This document shows, one piece after another, positions 1 through 8,550 of a stretch of DNA of 64,000 bases (position 1 is the first letter of the stretch; each line of letters starts with the position of its first letter). Under the pieces are notes generated by a model that was given only the letters and a program-made list of their open reading frames with translations, did no database searches and was not told the origin of the DNA. The DNA is from an uncultured Pelistega sp. GTDB taxonomy: Bacteria > Pseudomonadota > Gammaproteobacteria > Burkholderiales > Burkholderiaceae_B. The stretch covers positions 7,880 through 71,879 of the forward strand of contig CAYFVY010000001.1 in assembly GCA_964346715.1 (NCBI GenBank). The letters run 5' to 3'. The translations under genes were made by a program, and so were the position numbers.

Positions 1-434
1 CCAATCGTTACGGTCGCTCTCGTTCGCGACGCATGAAAAATGAAATGAACGTCGTTCCTTATATCGACGTGATGCTGGTGCTCCTGGTTATTTTTATGGT
101 GACTGCACCAATGATTACCCCTGGCTTAATTAATCTCCCCTCAGTAGGACAAGCGGTTGAAGTACCCGCTACCCCTGTTGAGGTACAGATTGAAGAGAAT
201 GGTGATATTTCAGTTCGTCTACGTAAACCTGGTGAAAATTTTGAGCTCATTCCTAAAGAAGAAGTTCTTTCACGTGTACAGACCATGGCCGAACTCGATA
301 CCCCAGTTGTGATTTCTGCCGATGGTAAAGTGCCGTATGAAGAAGTCATGAAAATTATGGACACCCTGCGCTCAAATGGTATGACCCGTTTAGGTTTGAT
401 GGTGAACCAAACGAAAGCGACACCGTCTAAATAA
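1..434 (+). CDS. tolR: TolR (ExbD/TolR family) biopolymer transport protein, 5' end probably outside the window
   Basis: The motif NVVPYIDVMLVLLVIFMVTAP is the typical TolR/ExbD TM segment. The frame stays open from nt 3 to the window edge (..GRSRSRRMKNEMNVVPY), so the true start is probably upstream. tolA-tolB-pal follow. Confidence 0.85.
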   Translation, partial: NRYGRSRSRRMKNEMNVVPYIDVMLVLLVIFMVTAPMITPGLINLPSVGQAVEVPATPVEVQIEENGDISVRLRKPGENFELIPKEEVLSRVQTMAELDTPVVISADGKVPYEEVMKIMDTLRSNGMTRLGLMVNQTKATPSK

Positions 435-467
435 GTAGATGCGTTTTGTATAAGTACCGTGTGTTGA

Positions 468-1676
468 ATGAAAAAATTTGAAAATCCGAATGATTTCTAT
501 GAACAAGGTGATGACCGCAAAGGTCTCACCGGTTCAATAGCGCTTCACTTATTATTAGTGGCCGGAATCATCATTAGTGTATTAAGCCAACCCGAGGCAC
601 CTTCTGGTCCTATCCAGTTAGAGCTTTGGGCTGAAGGGACCGAGCAAATTGTCGCTCCACCCGCAGAGACACGCACGCCTAATCCTGCCGAGGAAGATAC
701 GCGCGCACCTGAAGAAGAACCTGAAGCTGAGCCGGAACCCACTCCTGAGCCAGAACCGGTTCCCGAGCCAGAACCAGAGCCTGCGCCACCACCTGAGCCG
801 CAGCCAGAACCTGAACCCGCACCACCTCCTCCGCCGCCGCCTGCGCCAGCAGTAGCAGCTGCTCAACAAGAGGATCCTGAAATCGCTTTAGAGGAAAAAC
901 GCAAGCAAGAGCAAGAGGCCAAAGAAAAAGCACTTGCCGAGCAAAAAGCCAAAGAAGCGAAAGAGAAAGAACTCGCTGAGAAAAAGCGTAAAGAACAGGA
1001 AGCTAAGGAGCTTGCTGAAAAAAAACGCAAAGAGCAGGAAGCCAAAGACTTAGCGGAGAAACAGCGTAAAGAGCAAGAAGCTAAGGAACTCGCCGAGAAA
1101 AAACGCAAAGAACAGGAAGCCAAAGAGCTTGCTGAGAAAAAGCGTAAGGAGCAAGAAGCCAAGGAACTCGCTGAGAAACAACGCAAAGAGCAAGAAGCCA
1201 AGAAAAAAGCCTTAGCGGAGAAAAAAGCTAAAGACGCCAAAGAAAAAGCCGACCGTGAAGCCAAAGCTAAAGCTGACGCTCGCTTAGCTGATCAAAATCG
1301 TGCCAAAGCGAACTCTCAAGGTGATGCTTTACGTGCCGCCATGCGTGGTGATATTAATAGCCGCGCTGGTATTAAGGGTGGGCAGAATGACCGCAACCAA
1401 ATGGGTGGCGGTGGTGGTAGCTCCGACTACGCACGCAAAGTCAAAGCGTGTGTGGAGCCGCGCCTACGTTTTAGTGGCAATCAACGTCTAAAACTTACCT
1501 ATCGTGTCGATTTTGATGACAAGTATAAAGTTACCAATGCTCGTGTGACCGTTACCTCAGGTAATAAGGCCTTTGATAATGCGGTTGTTGCTGCCTTGAA
1601 ACAATGCAATCCTTTCCCTAAACCACCAGGAAATGACAAATTTGTTACTGGCCCTTATGACTTCAGACCACGATAA
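468..1676 (+). CDS. tolA: TolA cell envelope integrity protein
   Basis: It has an N-terminal TM helix, a Pro/Glu-rich PEPEP stretch, a long Lys/Glu/Ala-rich helical domain II built of 13-aa repeats, and a C-terminal globular domain. It lies between tolR and tolB. Confidence 0.85.
   Translation: MKKFENPNDFYEQGDDRKGLTGSIALHLLLVAGIIISVLSQPEAPSGPIQLELWAEGTEQIVAPPAETRTPNPAEEDTRAPEEEPEAEPEPTPEPEPVPEPEPEPAPPPEPQPEPEPAPPPPPPPAPAVAAAQQEDPEIALEEKRKQEQEAKEKALAEQKAKEAKEKELAEKKRKEQEAKELAEKKRKEQEAKDLAEKQRKEQEAKELAEKKRKEQEAKELAEKKRKEQEAKELAEKQRKEQEAKKKALAEKKAKDAKEKADREAKAKADARLADQNRAKANSQGDALRAAMRGDINSRAGIKGGQNDRNQMGGGGGSSDYARKVKACVEPRLRFSGNQRLKLTYRVDFDDKYKVTNARVTVTSGNKAFDNAVVAALKQCNPFPKPPGNDKFVTGPYDFRPR
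969..1202 (+). repeat. Six tandem 39-bp units inside tolA, each encoding (E/D)LAEK(K/Q)RKEQEAK
   Basis: Six consecutive 13-aa units can be read directly. The peptide is nearly invariant while codons differ between units (gaactcgct / gagcttgct / gacttagcg). Confidence 0.9.
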
Positions 1677-1732
1677 GCTAGAGTTTCTACCAGGTTCAAA
1701 TACGCAGTACACAGATATTTAGCAGAGTTACA

Positions 1733-1764
1733 GAGGCATTAAGTCGTCGTTTGCTTAATGCCTC
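1733..1764 (+). other. Perfect 11-bp stem-loop in the 219-nt tolA-tolB spacer
   Basis: gaggcattaag-N10-cttaatgcctc, with no T tract after it. It may be a partial terminator or mRNA stabiliser separating the tolQRA and tolB-pal-cpoB units. Confidence 0.5.
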
Positions 1765-1895
1765 AACACTCAATAAAATCTTGCCCCATAACAATTGAAA
1801 ATCTTTGAAACACTCGAACAGATTAGTTAAGCACAGTTGATACAGAACTTGCTAAACTGTTTATACTTTTTTACGCAAACTAGGAGAAGGCAGCA

Positions 1896-3170
1896 ATGTC
1901 TAAAGCTCAATTATTATTCCAAACTCAAGGCCATAAGAAATGGTTTGCTTGGATGAGTTCCTTAATCGTCGCTATGGCCCTCATGCTGAGTCAAATCGCT
2001 CATGCACAAGTTGAGGTTGCCTTAACGGGAACAGGAGTTAATGCCAACAAATTCCCTATCGTGGTGGCTGATTTTGCAGGCCCTAATGGTACTGAAATTG
2101 CTAATATCATTGCCGCTGACTTAACGCGCTCTGGTCAATTTGAAGTACAACGCGTAGGGGTGATGTCACTCGACGCTTCTGGCAATCCTAACTGGAACGC
2201 TATTAATGAAATTGGTGCAGGCAATAACGTTGCTTATGGTTCTAGCACTGGTGGTAGTGTTCATTACAACTTAGCCGATACATCTCAACAACTGAATGTA
2301 CAATCACTTACTGTGAGCGATGCCAATATGCGTCGTATGGCACATAAAGTCGCTGATGCTATTTACGAACAGTCCACAGGTATTCGTGGTATTTTTACAA
2401 CACGCATAGCGTATGTTTCTGGCAACACTTTAGTGGTCGCAGATGCCGATGGTGAAAACGCTCAAACAGTTGCTAGCTCGCCTTCTTCCATCATTTCACC
2501 GGCCTGGTCACCGGATGGTTCACGCATCGCATATGTCAGTTTTGAGACAGGTAAACCTGTTGTTTATGTGCAAAACCTAAGCTCTGGTCAACGTACTGTA
2601 GCGGCCAACTTTAAGGGTAATAATAGTGCTCCAGCATGGTCTCCTAACGGCTCTCAGCTAGCAGTGGCCTTAAGTATGGACGCATTATCAAATATTTACA
2701 TTGTTAGCCCAGGCGGTGGCGGCAGCCCTCGTAAGATCACTAATTCTCCTGAAATTGACACTGAACCATTCTTCTTCCCTAACGGTAGCGGTTTGGTCTT
2801 TACCAGTGACCGCGGTGGTAGCCCACAGATTTACCGCACGGGTATTAATGGTGGTGCAGCAAGCCGAATCACCTTCAATGGCTCACAAAATGTTTCAGGA
2901 AAAATTTCACCAGACGGCTCAAAACTGGTATATTCTAGTTTAAGGGGAGGTGGGTACTCAATTGCAGTTAATGCATTGGGCACAGGCTCAGATCAACAAT
3001 TAACTTCTGGCCCTAACGACCTAACTCCTAGTTTTGCACCTAACGGAATGCAAATACTTTATTCCTCTAGCGGTAGACTTGGTCTAGTTAATGCAGACGG
3101 TTCTTATCAAACCTTTTTACCGAATGCGCGTGGCGTGACAGCTGCAGCTTGGGGTCCGTTTACAGAGTAA
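1896..3170 (+). CDS. tolB: TolB periplasmic beta-propeller protein
   Basis: It has a signal peptide and repeated PAWSPDG / SP.WSPNG / F.PNG beta-propeller motifs. An AGGAGA RBS lies upstream, and it sits between tolA and pal. Confidence 0.93.
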   Translation: MSKAQLLFQTQGHKKWFAWMSSLIVAMALMLSQIAHAQVEVALTGTGVNANKFPIVVADFAGPNGTEIANIIAADLTRSGQFEVQRVGVMSLDASGNPNWNAINEIGAGNNVAYGSSTGGSVHYNLADTSQQLNVQSLTVSDANMRRMAHKVADAIYEQSTGIRGIFTTRIAYVSGNTLVVADADGENAQTVASSPSSIISPAWSPDGSRIAYVSFETGKPVVYVQNLSSGQRTVAANFKGNNSAPAWSPNGSQLAVALSMDALSNIYIVSPGGGGSPRKITNSPEIDTEPFFFPNGSGLVFTSDRGGSPQIYRTGINGGAASRITFNGSQNVSGKISPDGSKLVYSSLRGGGYSIAVNALGTGSDQQLTSGPNDLTPSFAPNGMQILYSSSGRLGLVNADGSYQTFLPNARGVTAAAWGPFTE

Positions 3171-3204
3171 TTTTTCGTTTTTTCGTTTTTTAAAAGGAAA
3201 TGTC

Positions 3205-3690
3205 ATGAGTTCTCGCTTAGCGAAAGCCTTGTCTGTTGCTGCTTTAGCTGCTGCACTAGCTGCGTGTAGTTCTACCCCTTCTGATACTGCTGGTGGCGTT
3301 GGTGCTGGTGGTCAAGGTGGTGCTGTTATGGATCCATTCAATCCTAATAGCCCATTAGCTCAACAACGCTCAGTATACTTTGCATTCGACAGCTATGTTG
3401 TTGAACAACAATACCAACCATTGGTTCAAATGCACGCTCAATACTTAGCTGCTAACAACCAACAACGTGTTCGTATTGAAGGTAACACTGACGTACGCGG
3501 TAGCTCTGAGTACAACTTGGCTCTAGGTCAACGTCGTTCAGTAGCTGTTGCACAACACTTAGTACAACAAGGTGTTAATGGCGCGCAAATCGAAGCAGTT
3601 AGCTTCGGTAAAGAGCGTGTTAAAGCAGCTGGCTATTCTGAAGAAGCCCACGCTGAAAACCGTCGTGCAGACATCAACTACCTACGTTAA
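3205..3690 (+). CDS. pal: Peptidoglycan-associated lipoprotein Pal (OmpA-like domain)
   Basis: It has the lipobox LAAC, and the OmpA-like C-terminal motif IEGNTDVRGSSEYNLALGQRRS. Confidence 0.93.
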   Translation: MSSRLAKALSVAALAAALAACSSTPSDTAGGVGAGGQGGAVMDPFNPNSPLAQQRSVYFAFDSYVVEQQYQPLVQMHAQYLAANNQQRVRIEGNTDVRGSSEYNLALGQRRSVAVAQHLVQQGVNGAQIEAVSFGKERVKAAGYSEEAHAENRRADINYLR

Positions 3691-3721
3691 TCTACTGACG
3701 TAATTAGTTTAGGCATATGTC

Positions 3722-3760
3722 ACGCCGCAATGGTTTAAAAGCTGTTGCGGCGTCGTAATT
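3722..3760 (+). terminator. Stem-loop after pal (probable partial terminator)
   Basis: acgccgcaa-N14-ttgcggcgt is followed by cgtaattttt. Confidence 0.45.
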
Positions 3761-3781
3761 TTTAACGGGATAAATTTACCA

Positions 3782-4447
3782 ATGTCGTTTAGCAAAAAAT
3801 CTTCCGCCCTTCTTATTTCTGCAGCTTTTTTAGGTATGGCTCAGCCCGCATTTGCGGCTGAAGACGAACAAGCTCGTCGAGCGATTTTAGAGCTACGTTC
3901 TCAGTTAAAACAAAGTGATATTGTGCGTAATGATCTCGCCAGACAAGTACAAGATTTGCAAAAACAAATCAGCCAATTACGCGGTCAAATCGAAACGATT
4001 AGTAATGTTTCTCAAGCACAACTCCAAGAGTCTCGTGCCAATGATGATTTAGGTCCATCAGCTCAAGTTGGTGACCCCGTTGAGCAACAAGCTTACGATG
4101 CGGCTCTTGACCTATTCCGCCAAGGTAACTACCCAGCAGCGGCAAGTGCTTTAGGTAATTTTTCTAGTGTTTACCCAAACAGTCCACTCGCATCAAGCGC
4201 GCGCTTTTACGAAGGCAGCAGCCGTTATGCCAGTCGCGACTTTAAGGGCGCTATCAACAATTTAGAGAACCTAGTTCAGACACATCCGCGCGACTCTAAA
4301 GCCGGAGATGCCCTCTTAGTGATTGCTGGTAGCCAATTAGAGCTTAACGATATCGCCGGCTCTAAAGCCACTCTAGAGCGTACTATTCGTGACTATCCAG
4401 GTACACCTGCAGCAGATACAGCAGCTGAACGCTTGAAAATGTACTAA
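3782..4447 (+). CDS. cpoB: Cell division coordinator CpoB (YbgF), TPR protein of the Tol-Pal system
   Basis: It has a signal peptide, an N-terminal coiled coil and a C-terminal TPR region. It sits in the conserved position after pal. Confidence 0.85.
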   Translation: MSFSKKSSALLISAAFLGMAQPAFAAEDEQARRAILELRSQLKQSDIVRNDLARQVQDLQKQISQLRGQIETISNVSQAQLQESRANDDLGPSAQVGDPVEQQAYDAALDLFRQGNYPAAASALGNFSSVYPNSPLASSARFYEGSSRYASRDFKGAINNLENLVQTHPRDSKAGDALLVIAGSQLELNDIAGSKATLERTIRDYPGTPAADTAAERLKMY

Positions 4448-4560
4448 GCCCTAGACTTAAGTACTAAACCATAAATTCTACGAGGTGTTAAGCTAACACC
4501 TTGGTAGATGAGCTTATTAAGCTTCTGAATAAGCGCTCATTGTTATCAAAAGCAGAATCG

Positions 4561-5370
4561 ATGTTACAAACCGCTATAGACGCACGCACCTTACGTATTA
4601 AGGGTCATACCTTCACCTTTCAGGATGAAGGCACTGGCCCAACCCTCCTCCTCATCCACGGCTCATTATGCGACTATCGCTATTGGCGTTGGCAAGTCCC
4701 TGAGCTCGCCAAGCATTGCCGTGTGATTGTGCCTAGCCTGCGTCATTTCTGGCCTGATACTCTTGAAGACACTACACCTTTTGACTATGTGCAACATGCT
4801 CAAGATATGGTGGATTTATTACAGCAATTAGGCCTAAACCAAGCGCATATCTTAGGTCACTCTCGTGGTGCTGCGATTGCCATGCAAATGGCTTTAGAAC
4901 ACCCTAATTCAGTCAAATCTTTAATTCTCGCAGATCCTGGCTTACGCACCTCAGAACAACTCTCTGAAAGCATTCAGTTTAAGCAGGAGTCATTGAGTTT
5001 AATCCAAGAAGGTAAACTCGATGAGGGACTTAGTTTATTTATTGACACAGTAAGTGGTGCGGGCACCTATAAACGCATGGTGCGTTGGTTCCGTGAAATG
5101 GTGAAAGACAATGCGCATACCTTATTTCGCCAACGTTTCGAACCACCATTTTTATTGGATGCTGAACGTTTTCAAGCTATTCACTCAGCCACGACCTTAA
5201 TCGGTGGCTCACAAAGTCCAGCGCCTTTTCCTGAAATTAATCAGCGTTTGAAAGCTATCTGGCCACACGCTATAACAGAAATTCTCGATCCTGCCTCGCA
5301 TGGGATGAACTTAGCTCTACCGCATGAGTTTAATCGTTGTGTTGTAGAACATATTCACAGAGCAGAATAA
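4561..5370 (+). CDS. Alpha/beta-fold hydrolase
   Basis: It carries an HG oxyanion motif (LLLIHGS) and the nucleophile elbow GHSRG. The ORF track starts at TTG 4501, which lies inside the cpoB terminator hairpin. I prefer the first ATG at 4561, but the start is uncertain. Confidence 0.75.
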   Translation: MLQTAIDARTLRIKGHTFTFQDEGTGPTLLLIHGSLCDYRYWRWQVPELAKHCRVIVPSLRHFWPDTLEDTTPFDYVQHAQDMVDLLQQLGLNQAHILGHSRGAAIAMQMALEHPNSVKSLILADPGLRTSEQLSESIQFKQESLSLIQEGKLDEGLSLFIDTVSGAGTYKRMVRWFREMVKDNAHTLFRQRFEPPFLLDAERFQAIHSATTLIGGSQSPAPFPEINQRLKAIWPHAITEILDPASHGMNLALPHEFNRCVVEHIHRAE

Positions 5371-5387
5371 GTTTTACTCACTAAAAA

Positions 5388-5409
5388 CCCCACTTAATCT
5401 TAAGTGGGG
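5388..5409. terminator. Bidirectional hairpin between convergent genes
   Basis: ccccacttaa/ttaagtgggg inverted repeat, flanked by an A run and a T-containing sequence. Confidence 0.5.
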
Positions 5410-5460
5410 TCTCAGTAGAACAAGAAATTAAGCAATATCTAAATTAAGCGATAAGGCCTA

Positions 5461-5985
5461 TTAATCTTCAAAGCTACGTGATGAGATTGGTTTCATCACG
5501 CAATTCATAGGAATTTTATGGCCATTGCTCAAACCAATTTCAAAGTCAACTTTATCACCAACTTTAAGTCCCTCCTGCGGCTTTTCCATCATCACATGAT
5601 AGCTACCTGGCTTGAACTCAAGTGTTGATTTAGGAGCTACTTCAACTTCAGCAAGGTGGCGCATACCAGCCATGCCATTCTCTTCGTAACTCTCATGAAG
5701 CATAACATCATGGAATGCATGTGAGCTTGCAGACACTAGATAGGCCGTTTGCTTTTCGTCCTTGTTTTCGATTTTAAAATACAATGCAGAGGCACGATCT
5801 GCATTTGCCAAACGAGCCCAGCATTGGCTAGCGACTAGATCAGAAGCGCTATCTTTCATCTCCGCGGTTCCGTGATGCGCAGCACCATGGGCGTTATTAT
5901 GGGCATCATGCTGCGCCATAGCGAATGATGAGAGGGCCATTGTGGCAGTCATACAAAATGCAGATAAAACAGTTTTTTTAAACAT
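5461..5985 (-). CDS. PCu(A)C-type periplasmic copper chaperone (DUF461 family)
   Basis: It has a signal peptide, a His-rich N-terminus, H..M..H and GMAGM..L / SYHVMM copper-ligand-like motifs, and family-typical length. I moved the start to MFKK, which has an AGGAGA RBS; the track starts at 6024. Confidence 0.7.
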   Translation of the reverse strand: MFKKTVLSAFCMTATMALSSFAMAQHDAHNNAHGAAHHGTAEMKDSASDLVASQCWARLANADRASALYFKIENKDEKQTAYLVSASSHAFHDVMLHESYEENGMAGMRHLAEVEVAPKSTLEFKPGSYHVMMEKPQEGLKVGDKVDFEIGLSNGHKIPMNCVMKPISSRSFED

Positions 5986-6130
5986 TACAATATTCTCCTG
6001 TGTACAAGATGTAGATCTCCGCAAAACAACGGCCTCTTAACGTCGTTCCTAGAGCAAAAATGGAATTCTTAGTATAACCATTATCTGCAAGGAGGATAAG
6101 TCTAGACTGATATAGTGCAAATAAAATATG

Positions 6131-6154
6131 TGAATAATTGTGCCAAATTATTCA
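6131..6154. promoter_or_regulatory. 9-bp-arm perfect inverted repeat in the divergent PCuAC/tctD promoter region
   Basis: tgaataatt-gtgcca-aattattca. The cognate regulator is unknown. Confidence 0.35.
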
Positions 6155-6287
6155 TGAGTGTCTCAGTACTATGTTTTGTTAAGGGCAATTTATACTTTAT
6201 GATGACATTCAATGCTAGTATTAATCATCATCATGTGTTTTATTGTGTTTTCTCGAGCAGCATTTACTTTAGTTTCTCACTATTTCT

Positions 6288-6968
6288 ATGCATATTTTAC
6301 TTATTGAAGATGAACCTGATTTAGCACATTGGCTAATTCGTAGCTTGCAACAACAAGCTGGCTTTCATATTGAGTGGGCTAACGATGGTCTACTGGCATA
6401 TAAGCGACTTACGCTTGAGAAGTTTGATGCCATTATCTTAGATCTGGGCTTGCCTGGCATGGACGGTCAGAGCCTGCTTAATAGATTGCGTAGTGAAGGC
6501 AATCGCACGCCCATCTTAATCTTGACGGCTCGTGACTCCCTTGCCCAACGCGTCAATTCACTTGAGTCCGGTGCCGATGATTTCCTGCCTAAGCCTTTTA
6601 TGGTGGAAGAACTCAGCGCTCGTCTAAGTGCCTTAATTCGTCGTAGTCGTGGCGGGGAAACATTTTTTATCAGTTGTGCTAGTCTTAATTACGATACTAA
6701 GACACATATTTTCAGTTTGAAAAACCAACGTCTTGAATTAACACCTAGAGAGTCCGAAGTCTTACGCCTACTGATACAAAACACTGGGGATCCAATTAAT
6801 AAGCACTATATTTTAGATCGCTTAAGTAATCACGATGATGAAATGACGGCTGAAGCGATTGAAGTTATTATCCATCGGCTTAGAAAAAAACTTAGTGAAT
6901 CCGATGTACAAATTACTACTTTGCGCGGTATAGGCTACTGCTTGGAGCCTATTGCTGATGAACTATAA
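6288..6968 (+). CDS. tctD: OmpR-family response regulator, TctD-like
   Basis: It has a receiver domain (DLGLPGMDG) plus a winged-helix output domain. It lies next to a histidine kinase and tctCBA. Confidence 0.85.
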   Translation: MHILLIEDEPDLAHWLIRSLQQQAGFHIEWANDGLLAYKRLTLEKFDAIILDLGLPGMDGQSLLNRLRSEGNRTPILILTARDSLAQRVNSLESGADDFLPKPFMVEELSARLSALIRRSRGGETFFISCASLNYDTKTHIFSLKNQRLELTPRESEVLRLLIQNTGDPINKHYILDRLSNHDDEMTAEAIEVIIHRLRKKLSESDVQITTLRGIGYCLEPIADEL

Positions 6969-6996
6969 GCCTTAATTGCTTAGTAAGAGAACCTCG

Positions 6997-8400
6997 ATGG
7001 CTTTACTGCGTAGCGTTAAATCCACCTTACTCTGGCTGCTTATCCCTGTCATGTTCTTGATTATGGGGGCATCCTTACTGCTCTCCGCTGAAGAACTAAA
7101 GCAGCACACTAATCGAGCGTTTGATCGTACTCTCGCTGGTGCCCTACGCTCGATTGAAGTCAATGTCCGCACGGAAAGTGGTGGCTTATCTATGGAGCAG
7201 CCTTTTTATTTGCTTGAGTTCTTAGAATTGACCATCCAAAGCAAAGTGTATTTCCGAGTAGCGACCGATGATGGTCTCACCGAGGTCGGTTACCCTAGCA
7301 TTCCTATGCCAGAACAAGAGCTGGGTAACACACCTATTTTTTATAATGCTGAGTATTTTGGTGATTCGGTACGTGTGGCCGCAATCGCGGTAGCGCCCAA
7401 ACTAAGTCTGCATTACAACCAAAATGCCAAAATCATTATTCAAGTCGCTGAAACCATGCAAGCTCGAGATGGTTTTATTAGTCGAGTCCTATGGCAATCA
7501 TTACGCAAAGACATACTTATTCTCGCTTTGTTCTTTGTTTTAATTTATGGTGGGGTACTTTTTGCGGTACGCCCTCTGAATGCCCTTAGTTCACATATTA
7601 AAAACCGTCGCGCTACTGATTTGCGTCCCATACATGCCGAAGACTTACCCCAAGAAGTTACTCCTCTCGTTTTGGCCATCAATAGCCACATGGAGCGCTA
7701 CGCTCATAAGAGCCAGCAACAACAGCAATTTCTTGATGATGCATCGCATCAGTTACGTACCCCGCTTGCCGTCTTAAGCACGCAAGTCGATTATGCCAAA
7801 ACTATCGCTAAGACTGAAGAGATGCGAGAAGTTCTGACTGCCATGAAGCAGCGCCTAGGCAATACGGTAGATCTGACTAATCAGTTATTAGCCTTAGCCA
7901 AGGTGCAAGATGCCGCAGAAGAGTTAGCGCTTACTCAACAACATGAAGAATTTAATTTAAATCTGATTTGTGCTGAGGTGGTAAATACACTCCTACCTGT
8001 GGCACGCCGCAAACGCCTAGATTATGGAATGGATCTCCCAGAACATCCAGTCATAGTAAAAGGCGTCGCTTGGCTAATTCGAGAAGCACTGAGTAATTTA
8101 ATTAGCAACTCTATTAAGTACTGCCCTCCTAAGGCACAAATCACCATCGCCATTCTAGAAACAGAGTCGCAGACTATCTTGCAGGTCGAAGACAATGGAC
8201 CAGGCATGAGTGATGCTGACCTCGCCTTAGCAGGCAAACGCTTTCGTCGTGGTAGCGCTGGACAGGCACAACAGGGCATAGGCCTAGGCTTAGCGATTGT
8301 CCAAACAATTGCCGATATTAACCATTGCGAATTTGTCATTCAAGCACGAAAGCCGGAGCCTGGTTTGCATGCCAGCTTGCGTTTTACGCGCTCAATTTAA
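6997..8400 (+). CDS. tctE: Sensor histidine kinase, TctE-like
   Basis: It has two TM segments, an H-box (FLDDASHQLRTPL) and N/G boxes (DNGPGM, GIGLGLAIV). An alternative TTG start lies at 6976. Confidence 0.85.
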   Translation: MALLRSVKSTLLWLLIPVMFLIMGASLLLSAEELKQHTNRAFDRTLAGALRSIEVNVRTESGGLSMEQPFYLLEFLELTIQSKVYFRVATDDGLTEVGYPSIPMPEQELGNTPIFYNAEYFGDSVRVAAIAVAPKLSLHYNQNAKIIIQVAETMQARDGFISRVLWQSLRKDILILALFFVLIYGGVLFAVRPLNALSSHIKNRRATDLRPIHAEDLPQEVTPLVLAINSHMERYAHKSQQQQQFLDDASHQLRTPLAVLSTQVDYAKTIAKTEEMREVLTAMKQRLGNTVDLTNQLLALAKVQDAAEELALTQQHEEFNLNLICAEVVNTLLPVARRKRLDYGMDLPEHPVIVKGVAWLIREALSNLISNSIKYCPPKAQITIAILETESQTILQVEDNGPGMSDADLALAGKRFRRGSAGQAQQGIGLGLAIVQTIADINHCEFVIQARKPEPGLHASLRFTRSI

Positions 8401-8475
8401 GCCAAACCCCCTAGGATAAACCCTAGTTTTTGTAAAAAAGCGACTGTTTGAAAGCTAATCGAAAGGGAACTTTAG

Positions 8476-8493
8476 GTACAACATCATTTGTAC
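8476..8493. promoter_or_regulatory. Palindrome about 60 nt upstream of tctC
   Basis: gtacaa-catcat-ttgtac. It is a candidate operator, and this is speculative. Confidence 0.25.
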
Positions 8494-8550
8494 GCAACTT
8501 ACTTTCTTTTTCTATTTTGCGTTTTGAGATTTTTTTACTAGGGGACACTT

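Noticed and set aside
545-1264. Several overlapping ORFs on both strands inside tolA (545..742, 618..869, 649..855, 679..933, 863..1264).
   Set aside because: They lie within the Pro/Glu- and Lys/Glu-rich repetitive coding region of tolA. Stop-free alternative frames are an expected artefact of biased repetitive sequence, and their products are low-complexity nonsense (RRRRRRW.., SLASCSLRFFSAS..).
4484-4500. Small hairpin ggtgtta-agc-taacacc after cpoB, considered as a terminator.
   Set aside because: It has only a 7-bp stem, a 3-nt loop and no T tract, so it is too weak to call. It does argue against the TTG start at 4501 for the next gene.
6115-6324. A 69-aa plus-strand ORF in the AT-rich spacer upstream of tctD.
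   Set aside because: It has no RBS, runs into the tctD start, and its composition (F/Y/I/N/C-rich) is what AT-rich non-coding DNA yields. The region is better explained as a promoter.
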